64,000 nt of DNA from Carpediemonas membranifera BICM (Eukaryota; Protista; Fornicata). Below, piece after piece: positions 48,337 through 58,671 of the stretch. The first letter of the stretch is position 1, and every line of letters begins with the position of its first letter. Below the pieces are notes generated by a model. That model had not been told where the DNA came from, ran no database searches, and was given only the letters and a program-made list of their open reading frames with translations. A program made the position numbers and the translations under genes. The stretch covers positions 853,333 to 917,332 of the forward strand of contig JAHDYR010000007.1 in the NCBI GenBank assembly GCA_019828565.1. The letters are read 5' to 3'.

Positions 48337-50144
48337 ATGGATGCTCAGGAGGCTCTTCAGCGGCTGGACGCCCACATCACCGATATCGGCATCGATATCG
48401 CCCAGTTGAATGACATGATGCTTCTCGATGAGGATATCGATGCCCGCATCGCGAGCCTGGACGCTTCTCGCGCTCGTCTTGTCGCAATGCGCTCTTCAAC
48501 GGCTTTGAGCAGCAGAAGCATCCAGCGCTATGCCTTCATCTGCGCCATCTCCCGCATTCCGACCGAATATGCCGACGTTCCCGGCGACATTCCCACTCTC
48601 TCATGCGAAGCGCCTTCACCCACGAGTTCGGCGAGGAGCTCCCCGACAACGACGGCGATGCCAGTCCAGCCACGGCCGAGGAAGTAGCCAGAGCGCTCGT
48701 GGCCCTGGACCTCCACAATCGCAGCGCCACCAGCTTTGTCAACAGGGTGGCAGCGATACTGACGCGCGGGCCTGAACTGAGCATGAACATCCCACTGGCG
48801 CCCGGTGAGATGCTCCCGGCAGCCCTGCACACGCTGAACCAGGGCGCGCTGTGGGCGTGTCTGCTGGGTGGTGGGGCCAACCCAGACCTCGAGGACAGGA
48901 TGCGGAATCAGTATCAAGAGGAGCGGCTGGACGAGAGCGAGACGCATGACGTCCGCAAAGCTCTCACCCCCGAGGCCAAGTGCCTCTGGTTCCTCTGCAA
49001 GAAGTTCTTCTTTTCATTGAGCATCGCCAACAAGGATGGCGAGTGCTATCAGTGGAAAGACGAGGAGTTTGAATTTTGCTACCTCTACCGCATGTACATG
49101 GGCCGACTCTTCGTGTTCGACAGTGAATTTGCCGACCCCTCCTTCACCAGGGCCAGGATTCCTAGGGCTCTCGAGGTCTACAGTCACCAGAACAGTCACA
49201 TCGCCAGGACACTCAAGGGCCTGTGGGGCTGGGGTGAAATCAGAGTTGGGCAGCTGGGGTTCAAGTCAGAACGTTATGAGTACATTATCCCAACCTGCCT
49301 CACCTTCCCCGCCTGCCCCAAGGTCGCCAAACTCGAGGCCAGCCTGCCCCCCTGGGAGAAGCACGCAATCGTGACCGATATGTCGATGAAAGGCAATTGC
49401 ACGTTCATACTCACCCCGGTCGGCACTGTCATGGCTGGCGACATTGACTGGTTCACTGGCCGTAAGGGTCGGGCATATGTCGGCCCAATCGAGGAGGAGA
49501 ACAAGCACCTCTTCCACCCAGTCGCTGTACCCGCTGGCTTTGTCCCAGATCACATCATGCATTTACAAGGACCAAGACCTTTACATTCAGGCACTGTCAT
49601 CCTCTCTATGGGAGATCGGCAAATGATCAGCGGTAGCAACATGTATGGCCAGCTGGGACTCGGGCACAAGAATGAGATGTCTGGCTTTGTCAACCTGCCA
49701 TTCAGGGTCGACCAGATCATGACGGAGGCATGTGGATTCAACGTATTTCTCAGCGGCCACCAGCTTCTGTTCGCCGGCGAAGTTCCCCATCATATCGCCC
49801 ATTTGGGCCTGCTGCCTCAGTTTAGCAAGGACGACATCTGCCTCACACCCACCCCACTCCGGTTCCCTGAGAGGGTCAAAGGGTTCTTCGCATCGAACCA
49901 ATATCTGATCTGGGTCACCGAGGGCCAGACCCATTTTCAGCTAGGATGGGGCTACTCGACTTCCGTCATCCCGTTCGAGGCAGCTGCGTTCCTTGAAAGT
50001 ATCCTCGGCGTCTTTTTCTGCGACGCTTCCGGACAGTGGTCGTGGGACGATGCGTTGTATGGCTCGGGAAAACTGGATGAGATGAACTTGTTCAAGGGCC
50101 ACTTTAGGCAATTTCGGATTCATACAACTGACGTCGACCCGTAG
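48337..50144 (+). pseudogene. RCC1/BLIP-II-like family gene with a 2-nt frameshift near 48601
   Basis: The MDAQ... frame reads to DVPGDIPTL and homology continues as MRSAFTHEFGEELPDN in another frame (the paralogue reads GDVPSLIRGAFSLEFGEDLPDN). There is an extra TC in ACTCTCTCATG. Confidence 0.75.
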
Positions 50145-50624
50145 ACCCCGACCGCCGTCAGATAAACGCTGGTATGATCTTCTTAGACACCTGACGGGCA
50201 GTGTTGAGCCAGCCCTCTTTCGCCAGCTCGTGAGGGAAGTTCAGCTGGGATAGCTGCTGATTACCTGCTGGCGGAAAGAGTGTCAGATGGGGTGGCTGAG
50301 CTAGTCGTGTGTGGCGCCTAGACGACCGAGGGAGCTTATCCCAGTGTCTACCCAACCCCTCAATCATAAATGCTCTCAAGCTATGATTCTGACGACCCGA
50401 AGACGTGTGAGTTAACTATGGGAGCGGTGTCACTTTAGCTCCCCCATGTATTGTTCGAGTTAGCCCTGCTCGACCCGACCCGAAAATGAAGGTATTGGTT
50501 TCGTACTAGTACTGCTGATTGAAGTGAACCAAACACAGCGTGAGGTGAGAATCCAGTCAGCACCTACAACGTGCAACGGCACCTGAGGACCACGCTCAGA
50601 GAAGAAGATCCAAGCGGCGCCACC

Positions 50625-50936
50625 CTAGATCTTCGTCGCGTACGGCGCCCCGTCCAGCGTCAACTCCCCGCCGGCCTCTACCAGCTTCCACGCCTCGCGC
50701 CGCACCTCCTCGGTCAGCCTCGCCCACAGGTCCTGGAGCTGCGTGTACTCTGCCTGTGCGGAGACCCGCCCGGGCCCGGTGAGGATCGGCCGGCCGGTAT
50801 GTACGCCCAGAGACTTCTCCAGAGTCGCGATCTGGACCTTCAACTCCTCCCGTCGCTTGACCACTGCCGCTTCCCAGAGTGTCAGGTCAGTTTCGAGCTT
50901 AGTGACGGTCGACAGGTGCATGTATGGAGCCACCAT
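50625..50936 (-). CDS. Small hypothetical coiled-coil protein
   Basis: Helical, charged ORF with host-like codon usage. First ATG at 50936. Confidence 0.4.
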   Translation of the reverse strand: MVAPYMHLSTVTKLETDLTLWEAAVVKRREELKVQIATLEKSLGVHTGRPILTGPGRVSAQAEYTQLQDLWARLTEEVRREAWKLVEAGGELTLDGAPYATKI

Positions 50937-51010
50937 AGCGGTCTTCACAAGCCCCGGCGTGGCTGAGATGGTCGGTTTCAAGCACTCGACTGCTGCCAAG
51001 TCAAAACCCG

Positions 51011-51907
51011 ATGCCAGCGATCTTCACGCATTGGGTTTCGACCAGCTATACTACCACATGGTGTACACGCGCATTCTGCTGTCATATACTCTCAATCTTA
51101 CTCATTGTCTTCATAACTCTTCTTCTGGCCGCATACGGCGACGTATGGGACAACACAGCGACCGAGGAGCTATATCCGACTGTGAGCTCGGATCATGAGC
51201 TAATTGCAATCGCGCATCTCTCCGATGGCAGCTTCCTTGGCTGCTCAACGTCGAACAACATTGCCCGAGTTTTCGACGAGAATGCCCGCCCATGCACCAT
51301 CACTATCACCACACCGAACGCCACACTAGGCTATTCTACCAGTAACCTGACCATATCGGCGACGATTCCAGTCTCGAGCTCCGTTGTCGTAGGGCTGAGC
51401 CTTTTGAGCCCGCTTTCACTGAAACTTGACGGGAAAGTCACTGTTGAGGCGTCACCAGTACTTGCCATACGGTTCCCGAGCCTCTACTATACCAGTGAGG
51501 CCCACATGTTCGGTACACTCGAGGTAGTCCAACGAGACTCCGTCATTGAGGGCCAGTCCATCACTATCCCCTCTGCTTGGCCCCAAGACCCTCTGACTGC
51601 ACTCGACGTCGACCCGGTGATGATCATGAGAGCTGAGCTGGCCAATAACTGGACCACCGTGGCCACCAACACGTACACGCACACCAGGACGGGTCCCGGG
51701 CCCAGTGTCACAGCAACGGCTGAGCTGCGGCTCCTACCAGCCACCGTCACATACACCCGCGGGTTATACGCCACGATGGTCCATGCTGTGGGCCCACTCG
51801 CTGTGATTTTTTCTGTATGCTGGATAGTGATCCGAGGCTGGGGATTGAGGACACTCGTGTTGGGCGGTTATCTTAGGGGCAGGCCGGTTAGACCCAAGAA
51901 TATGTAA
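51011..51907 (+). CDS. TMEM231: Ciliary transition-zone protein TMEM231
   Basis: N-terminal F.H.V...Y....C..A, TM1 and W......E..PTV...H, then a Q-containing luminal domain and a C-terminal Y..G.....TM2. This matches the TMEM231 layout. Confidence 0.7.
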   Translation: MPAIFTHWVSTSYTTTWCTRAFCCHILSILLIVFITLLLAAYGDVWDNTATEELYPTVSSDHELIAIAHLSDGSFLGCSTSNNIARVFDENARPCTITITTPNATLGYSTSNLTISATIPVSSSVVVGLSLLSPLSLKLDGKVTVEASPVLAIRFPSLYYTSEAHMFGTLEVVQRDSVIEGQSITIPSAWPQDPLTALDVDPVMIMRAELANNWTTVATNTYTHTRTGPGPSVTATAELRLLPATVTYTRGLYATMVHAVGPLAVIFSVCWIVIRGWGLRTLVLGGYLRGRPVRPKNM

Positions 51908-52031
51908 TAACATAAAACTGATTTTCGACAGGTGCAGTTTATCTCACACTTCACCTGACGACCGGACAAGTCGATTCCACCTGGTGACGATGATGCCGTC
52001 AAAACTATCTTCACAGCTAGGAAAGACTACA

Positions 52032-52481
52032 ATGGCCGAAACACGAGATGAGCACGGTCTCCGCCACTTGAAGAGCGCGTACCAAGTTAAGCAGGCCGTT
52101 TTGTACCACAAATCCACAGTTGTGTGCCTTCGATTCGGAAACATGGCTGATGAGACGACAAGTATGCTTGATCACATCCTTGGCTCTATCCAGCCGATGC
52201 TTGCCAACCATGCCTCCATCTTCGCCGTCGACACGGACAAGGTCAAGGACTTCAACGACAGCTTCGAGATCGACGAGTTCCTTGGCCCCTGTGTCATCTT
52301 CTTCTACCGGGAGAACCACATTCAGGTGGACATTGGCTCTGGGGACAACACCAGGGTCTATCTCTCAGACGCTCGCAGCAAGCAGGAGTGGATCAACATC
52401 ATCGAGCGGGTTGCCACGGAGAGCAGCAGGGGCAGGGGGATAGCCAACATGGCCGAGTTCATGATGAACGTCAGAGCGTGA
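52032..52481 (+). CDS. TXNL4A: U5 snRNP thioredoxin-like protein Dim1
   Basis: Motifs HL.SAYQV.QA, VV.LRFG, VD..KV.DFN...E, FFYR..HI.VD.G.G.N and KQE.I.IIE.....S.RGRG. Confidence 0.85.
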   Translation: MAETRDEHGLRHLKSAYQVKQAVLYHKSTVVCLRFGNMADETTSMLDHILGSIQPMLANHASIFAVDTDKVKDFNDSFEIDEFLGPCVIFFYRENHIQVDIGSGDNTRVYLSDARSKQEWINIIERVATESSRGRGIANMAEFMMNVRA

Positions 52482-53289
52482 GATTGAAGCAGCATTGGGA
52501 GCCACGATTGAGACGCTCCCAAGACTGATGGACAAGCGGCCTAGCTTTAGCCGATCAGGCCTGGATGATAGAGGTCGGGAGAGGACCGGACTGACAGGCC
52601 CCCGTTGTTCATGGAGAAGCTGGTGAATGATTGATGCCGAGGGCCGGCCTTGATGGCGGCGATAATAAATGGGCCTGAGCTGGTCGATGTGTGGCGCTCG
52701 CTCGGTTTTACGAGTGCTTTTTTTCGCTCACTGGTTTTGACCATTTTCGCCACAAGGTGGTTTGTCTCTTCTTTCACACTCCAGCATTATGAGGATATTC
52801 GCGTCCAGCCTTCCACTACTCCCCTTATAGCTCTCAGTATGTCTATTTGTGGTTCTGATGCCTTGATGACGAGTCTTACTGGTGAATCGGGAGGTGGCAT
52901 GCCGTTCTGGATAACCCACTGCCTTATTCATTGCCTTTCATCGCTCTGCGGGTTAGGTCTTGTGAATGATTACACCGGCTACCTGTTCTGAACCACTCAC
53001 ACCCTCTCTATTACACATTCTCTGCTCTTTTCCGTGCGTTCGCCTCAAACTCAATTTGTTTGTCACAGGTTGGAATGATGAAAAAGGCATTTATCCGAGT
53101 CGCTTGCTGTGTGGCGTTTTGTCCGCAGCCTGTGCACTGTTGAAGAATCTGCGCTACCTAACTTTTTTCTGACTCCAACAGCTCTCATTCTCACACAGAA
53201 CAACATCAATCTTCCTCCATCGCACCTGTACCCTCAATAAACTAAATTCTTCATTGTAACTCCTCCCTAACAAGACAAGAACAGGTTGA

Positions 53290-55134
53290 ATGCGTGCAAT
53301 AACGTCCAGCTTAAATTATCCAATGAACTCAGCCTCCCCAGTGGGAATCAGATGCATTCATAGAGACATTCGACTGGAGCAGAGAACCATCTATGGAGTT
53401 ATGAGACTGATGGAGCCTGATACGATGGCAGGAATATGCACTTTATGCACTCAAGCTCGAGACGTCAGCAAGCTAAGTTCCAGACAAGCGACGGATCCGC
53501 AGCACATGACGCCACAGCGAGATATGCAATACATACCGGAGGATGAAGCTCCCGAGGAGGAATGCGACCCGAGCGTTGACGCTGAAAACGATGAAAGATT
53601 CCAAGAGTTCTACAACCGCGGAGTCTCTCACGTGCAGCCCGTCACCGACCTCCTCAACCAGCTTCTCACTCTGAGAGGCATCGAAACACCACACGATGAG
53701 GCCGAAATCGCTCTAGAGACATTCAACGAGCAACTCCTCCTCCACGCCCGCCGCTACAGCCTCAACTCCATCGCCCTGGGCACCCCAGAGCTCTCCGACA
53801 TCGAGCTGGCCATGCTCAAGGCCGACATAGCCGACCGCGTGGGTGAGATTGCCTCTGAAGTCTTTACCAACCGAGACTTACCCCAGGTGGGGCAGTGGAC
53901 CAAGGCCCTGGTAACCCTTCTCTCAGGCACCGTCCACGAGATCGGAGAGGGTGTGGTGAACATGTACGATGTTCTAGAGACGAGAAACATTGACCTTCAG
54001 CTCAAGTTCGAGGCCCGCGGCGAGGAAATGGAAGAGCTTCTCAAGGCAAGCGAACAGCTGATGGCTGAGACAGCCAAGCACGAGGAGACTCAGGCTGAGA
54101 TGCAGAGGGCACACAGCGCAGAGGTTGCCATGCTCACTGAGGAAATCGGCTGGCTCAAGTCTCAGAACGAAAAGCTCCAGGCCCAACTCCGTACCGCCCA
54201 GATTACCACGCCGCGCAAGCTGGCCGCCACAGGCAGACTTGGCTCTACCCAACCTATCCGCAAGCAAAGCGCCACCATTAGCCGTGATCAGAAGGGGACG
54301 AACGAGCCAGGTCAGCTCAAGGTCATCACAGTCCGCCAACTCCGGGATCTGATCGAGGAGCTGTACGAGTCGAAGAGCAGATACGACAGCAGGGTCAGTG
54401 AGGGCGGCCAGCCGCCGGAGACTATGGAGCAACATTTATACACGTTCCTGAACCACAGATACGGGCTCAGACAGCTCGTTGTGGACTGGGCGGCAAGTAT
54501 CAAGCGGGCTATTGCTGAGTTTGAGAGTATGGACAATGATGTGGCCGTTTTTGCCCGGATTATGAGGAATGAGATCGATGAGCAGTTTAAGTCTGTGTTG
54601 AACGACCTCAAGAACACCGTCAAGGAGCTCCTGCGTGCCGTAATCGCACAAAAGCTCGGTACCAAGCCCAAGACCGACGCAGTTGCCGCGAAACTTGAGC
54701 AGAAGACCGAGGGCACCCTCACGGAGGACGAATGGGTTGATATCGTCAAATACATGTATCGCCAGGACGACGCCCTCGCCGTGATTGTCACCATCAAGAG
54801 TCAGCTCAAGGCCCGTCCTACCAAGAACGGCCAGCGCCCTCGGACTCGTGTCCCGTACTCGATGCTGGTCAAGGCGCTGCTTGACTTCCAACTCCAGGGC
54901 CATGACAGGTTCCTCATGAAGTTCCGCAGTCTTTTCCGGCAGTATGACACTGATAGCGACGGAGTTTTGACTCGTGAGCAGTTTATTGAGTTATTCCGGA
55001 CATTGACCTCTGGGTCGGTCGACTTGGAAGCGACGGTGGAGTCAGCTGACCCGTACCACCATGACAAGATCACGTTCAGCTCTGCTGTGGCGGTGCTAGC
55101 GGGAAAACTTGTCGAGGCGACGTCTGGGCGATAA
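53290..55134 (+). CDS. Coiled-coil plus C-terminal EF-hand protein (TSNAXIP1-like)
   Basis: Coiled coil, then ETMEQHLYTFLNHRYGL and DNDVAVFARIMRNEIDE, then the EF-hand DTDSDGVLTREQF. Start uncertain. Confidence 0.7.
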   Translation: MRAITSSLNYPMNSASPVGIRCIHRDIRLEQRTIYGVMRLMEPDTMAGICTLCTQARDVSKLSSRQATDPQHMTPQRDMQYIPEDEAPEEECDPSVDAENDERFQEFYNRGVSHVQPVTDLLNQLLTLRGIETPHDEAEIALETFNEQLLLHARRYSLNSIALGTPELSDIELAMLKADIADRVGEIASEVFTNRDLPQVGQWTKALVTLLSGTVHEIGEGVVNMYDVLETRNIDLQLKFEARGEEMEELLKASEQLMAETAKHEETQAEMQRAHSAEVAMLTEEIGWLKSQNEKLQAQLRTAQITTPRKLAATGRLGSTQPIRKQSATISRDQKGTNEPGQLKVITVRQLRDLIEELYESKSRYDSRVSEGGQPPETMEQHLYTFLNHRYGLRQLVVDWAASIKRAIAEFESMDNDVAVFARIMRNEIDEQFKSVLNDLKNTVKELLRAVIAQKLGTKPKTDAVAAKLEQKTEGTLTEDEWVDIVKYMYRQDDALAVIVTIKSQLKARPTKNGQRPRTRVPYSMLVKALLDFQLQGHDRFLMKFRSLFRQYDTDSDGVLTREQFIELFRTLTSGSVDLEATVESADPYHHDKITFSSAVAVLAGKLVEATSGR

Positions 55135-55314
55135 ATGTTATCATAGCGCGAGCTGGGATCGGCTGGGGATCGTGGAAAGGATATGGGGCACCGGGTGTGC
55201 TCTTTTGTCGTGGGATTCGCAGTGCGTAGCAACTGACATGACCCTGGTTCAGCGTTCTAGGGTCATCATTTTTTGCAGGAAAAAATCTGATTGGAACAAG
55301 AAGGAGAACGGTAC

Positions 55315-56094
55315 ATGCCGCAGGGTGATTATATCGATCTTCACCGGAAGCGCTTCGGTCGCCGCTTGGATTATGAGGAGCGTATGCGGAAGAAGGAGGC
55401 CCGTGAGCCACACCGGATCTCAAAGCTTGCCCAGAAGCAGCATGGCTTGAAGGCGAAGCTGTTCGCACAGGAGCGGAGAGCGGAGAAGATCAAGATGAAG
55501 AAAACTATCGCCGCCCACAAGCAGCGCGATCAGAAGCAGAAGGAGGCCAAGCTGGATGAGGGCGACACGCCCGTCTACCTCCTTGACCGCCAGCAGGAGA
55601 AGCGCGCCAAGGTTCTCTCGAATATGCTCAAGCAGAAGAAGAAGGAGAAGGCCGGCAAGTGGGATGTCCCGATCGCGAAGGTCAAGCCCGTTTCCGAGGA
55701 GGAGATGTTCAAGATCATCCGCACGGGCAAGCGCCAGAAGAAGCAGTGGAAGCGCAAGGTCACCAAGATCACATTCGTCGGCGAGGGTTTCACCCGCAAG
55801 CCTCCGAAGTACGAGCGCTACATCCGGCCGTCTGCCCTCCGCATGAAGAAGGCGAACGTCACCCACCCAGAGCTCCAGGCAACCTTCCAGCTCGACATCC
55901 TCGGCGTGAAGAGGAACCCGTCGTCGGCGCTGTACACCAACCTCGGAGTGATCACGAAGGGGACGATTGTCGAGGTCAATGTGTCTGACCTCGGCCTCGT
56001 GACCCAGACGGGCAAGGTCGTCTGGGGTAAGTATGCGCAGGTCACGAACAACCCTGAGAACGACGGCTGCATCAACGCCATCCTCATGGTCTGA
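55315..56094 (+). CDS. NSA2: Ribosome biogenesis protein Nsa2
   Basis: Motifs [38 protein letters not shown] and [19 protein letters not shown]. Confidence 0.97.
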   Translation: MPQGDYIDLHRKRFGRRLDYEERMRKKEAREPHRISKLAQKQHGLKAKLFAQERRAEKIKMKKTIAAHKQRDQKQKEAKLDEGDTPVYLLDRQQEKRAKVLSNMLKQKKKEKAGKWDVPIAKVKPVSEEEMFKIIRTGKRQKKQWKRKVTKITFVGEGFTRKPPKYERYIRPSALRMKKANVTHPELQATFQLDILGVKRNPSSALYTNLGVITKGTIVEVNVSDLGLVTQTGKVVWGKYAQVTNNPENDGCINAILMV

Positions 56095-56462
56095 GCATAC
56101 GCGGCTTAGTAATCACTTTACTTTGGCACATCGTCATAAATTCCGGCTTATGAATGTTTCCCTTCTCTCACAGCAGACGAAGATGACGACGACATGAGCT
56201 TCAGACGCCGGCAATGGACGACAGATGAGCGCGTAACAGACGAGCACAGATGCGAAAGAAGACAGCAGCGTTCGACACAGACGATGGACGACGCATCTTT
56301 TCGTGCAGACCGACGACTGAAAGCACGAAAGCCCGATTGTATAGTCGAGGGCTGAAGTGGGTGAGTGGAGGTAGTGTGCCGCGCATGATTAGAATTGTTT
56401 AGTCCAGTTAGTTAGCTTCACCGACTGTACGCTAACCTGCGTTTTGAGGATTTTGGTAAAAT

Positions 56463-58217
56463 ATGGCCAGCACCTCGAAAGGCATGGATCCAGAGGTTAA
56501 GAAACAACTGGGGAAAGAGGGATATACTATATCAGGCAAGATAGGCGAAGGAGCATTCGGAACGATTTGGAAGGCGACAAAGAGCGGAGAAGAGGGGAAA
56601 AGATACGCTGTGAAGATTCCTACACCGGAAAAGGGGACAGAATTGCTCATAGAACACGGATTTATTGCCATGAGTTCGTGGTGTCCCCACGTCATGGACT
56701 GCGAAGACATGCTGCCGGGGCGATGGCCTACACCACCCGCCATGGTCATGCCACGAGCCGAAGGCGACCTGATGAAGTTTGAGAGGGGCCGTAGGAAACG
56801 GGGCTACATCTACACATGGCGTGAGCTGCAGGAGATGCTGTTTGACATGGTCATGTCATTGGCCGAGATCCATCACGCCGGGATCGTGCACCGCGACATC
56901 AAGCCAGCTAATTTCCTGGTCATGCGCCGCGACGTCTCTGCGCCCGGTCAGTCAGAATACTCGGTCGTCTTGGGAGACTTTGGCATCTCTGTCAAGGTGA
57001 ATAAGGAGGAAGAACAACACACGGGCCAAGCCACCGTGGCCTTCCCGACAGCCATAGCCGGGACAGGCAAGTTCCTACCCCCTGAGACGCTGGAGCGAGG
57101 CGAGTCCGGGCAGCATGAGGTCCACCAGAAGGGCGACATCTGGGCACTTGGGATCACACTTTATCTTATGATCTATGGCAAGCACCCCTTCTGTTCTTCC
57201 GACCTGACTAGGGAAACCGTTGCTGAGTACACAAGGACGCTGAAAGGCAAGACGCTTGAGTTCCCAGACACCATGCGGGAGTTCAAACGCGGCCGGATCA
57301 GAGTCCACCTGGCAGGGGATGTTCTGGTCAACCCCGAGGAGATAGACGAGAACGACGAGACATACGATAGAGCTTTCCGCAAGTTCGAGGATAACCTCCG
57401 GCTGGCTAATAATTTGATCCGTTCATGCCTGAAGATGAATCATCGAGAGAGGAAATCAGCGCAAGACATCATCAAGGAGCATGTGTTCCGAGTGGGTCTA
57501 TCAGACATTGAGCACAGCAAGCGGGGCCTCGAGGACATGAATCACAGGGTGGAGAATATGAAGCCGGGGATGCTGATGCGGGGGGCGATAACTTTCTCGA
57601 GCCACTACCATAAGAACGGCAAGTCACAGCTGACTCGGCGAGACACGAAGGCGGCAGACCTGAAGAAGTTCCTGGATGAAATCAAGTTTTGCCCTGAGAC
57701 GGTGCTCAGGCTGCTGCACAAGGAGAAGGCCGGGAGACGGGCGAGAGCGCTGAAGCGGGAGGAGCAGAAGACTGCGGAAGACGACTCGACGACACAAGAG
57801 TCGACCCAGCTCCCTCAGGAACCAAAGCCAGCTGCAACGAGTAGTAATCCAGTGACGGAAGCACCCGCCCCCGCCCCCGCCCCGGTTCCAGCACCAGCCC
57901 CTGTGCCATGCCCCGTGCCCCGTCCGCAAATGCACATACCGAGCTCACACACCAATCTCCAGCTGAATTTATCGTTCCGAAAGCGTCAGGTGCCTGTACT
58001 GACTCAAGCCAAGGCCGACCCAGTTCTAGTCGAGAATCGCCCGTCGATGACTCCAGTTCTGAGTCATGCCAAGGTCAACCTGCAGCTGGATGCTCAGAAC
58101 ACGCCAAATATGCCTCGAACTGATTTTACTAGGTTGACGCCGATGAAGAGTGCCAGTCGGCCAAGGTTCTCGTTACCACCCTCAACTAAGGTTGATCTTA
58201 GTAAATTCAAAAGCTAG
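56463..58217 (+). CDS. Ser/Thr protein kinase with Pro-rich C-terminal tail
   Basis: Motifs GEGAFG, AVK, HRDIKPAN, DFG, GT..F.PPE and DIWALG. Confidence 0.9.
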   Translation: MASTSKGMDPEVKKQLGKEGYTISGKIGEGAFGTIWKATKSGEEGKRYAVKIPTPEKGTELLIEHGFIAMSSWCPHVMDCEDMLPGRWPTPPAMVMPRAEGDLMKFERGRRKRGYIYTWRELQEMLFDMVMSLAEIHHAGIVHRDIKPANFLVMRRDVSAPGQSEYSVVLGDFGISVKVNKEEEQHTGQATVAFPTAIAGTGKFLPPETLERGESGQHEVHQKGDIWALGITLYLMIYGKHPFCSSDLTRETVAEYTRTLKGKTLEFPDTMREFKRGRIRVHLAGDVLVNPEEIDENDETYDRAFRKFEDNLRLANNLIRSCLKMNHRERKSAQDIIKEHVFRVGLSDIEHSKRGLEDMNHRVENMKPGMLMRGAITFSSHYHKNGKSQLTRRDTKAADLKKFLDEIKFCPETVLRLLHKEKAGRRARALKREEQKTAEDDSTTQESTQLPQEPKPAATSSNPVTEAPAPAPAPVPAPAPVPCPVPRPQMHIPSSHTNLQLNLSFRKRQVPVLTQAKADPVLVENRPSMTPVLSHAKVNLQLDAQNTPNMPRTDFTRLTPMKSASRPRFSLPPSTKVDLSKFKS

Positions 58218-58671
58218 AAAAGCAGCAGATCGGAATAACGCCATCTTTTCATCAGTAGTCGGCTTCAACTTCACTACCTAAGGGTATTTTAAGCTACCAC
58301 GCCAGGCTTGAGGACCCTGATTCATCTTTGAGACCCCTCCTCGCGTTGCATGGCTCAGTTGACTTATGAGGACTTGTGTCTCATTTGTGTTCATTTCGCC
58401 ATGGGAAAGCAGCATTGGAGTGCTCATTGCGCTGGTGTCATCTGGAAGTGCGATTCCGGAAATCATTTCAAATCGGTATTGCTCTCACTTACGCGAATCT
58501 TAAATGATCAGCAAGTGATTCGGACAAATCAAGTGCAAAATCATTCAAGAATAATGGAACGGATGGAAACCAAAGCCAGTCGTCACTAGCGCAGCACGTG
58601 GGTGACAGTACGCAACGCGCCAAACTTGTTGCGCCGGATCCGGGTAAGACTGCACAGAGTCGTTTCGCCAG

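Noticed and set aside
52500-53290. Short hydrophobic ORFs (52650-52991, 52966-53172) and an isolated CTCACACAG near 53190
   Set aside because: No consistent spliced gene model or family motif could be built.
56295-56335. Hammerhead ribozyme (CTGA...GAAA)
   Set aside because: Lacks the CUGANGA core and three-stem junction.
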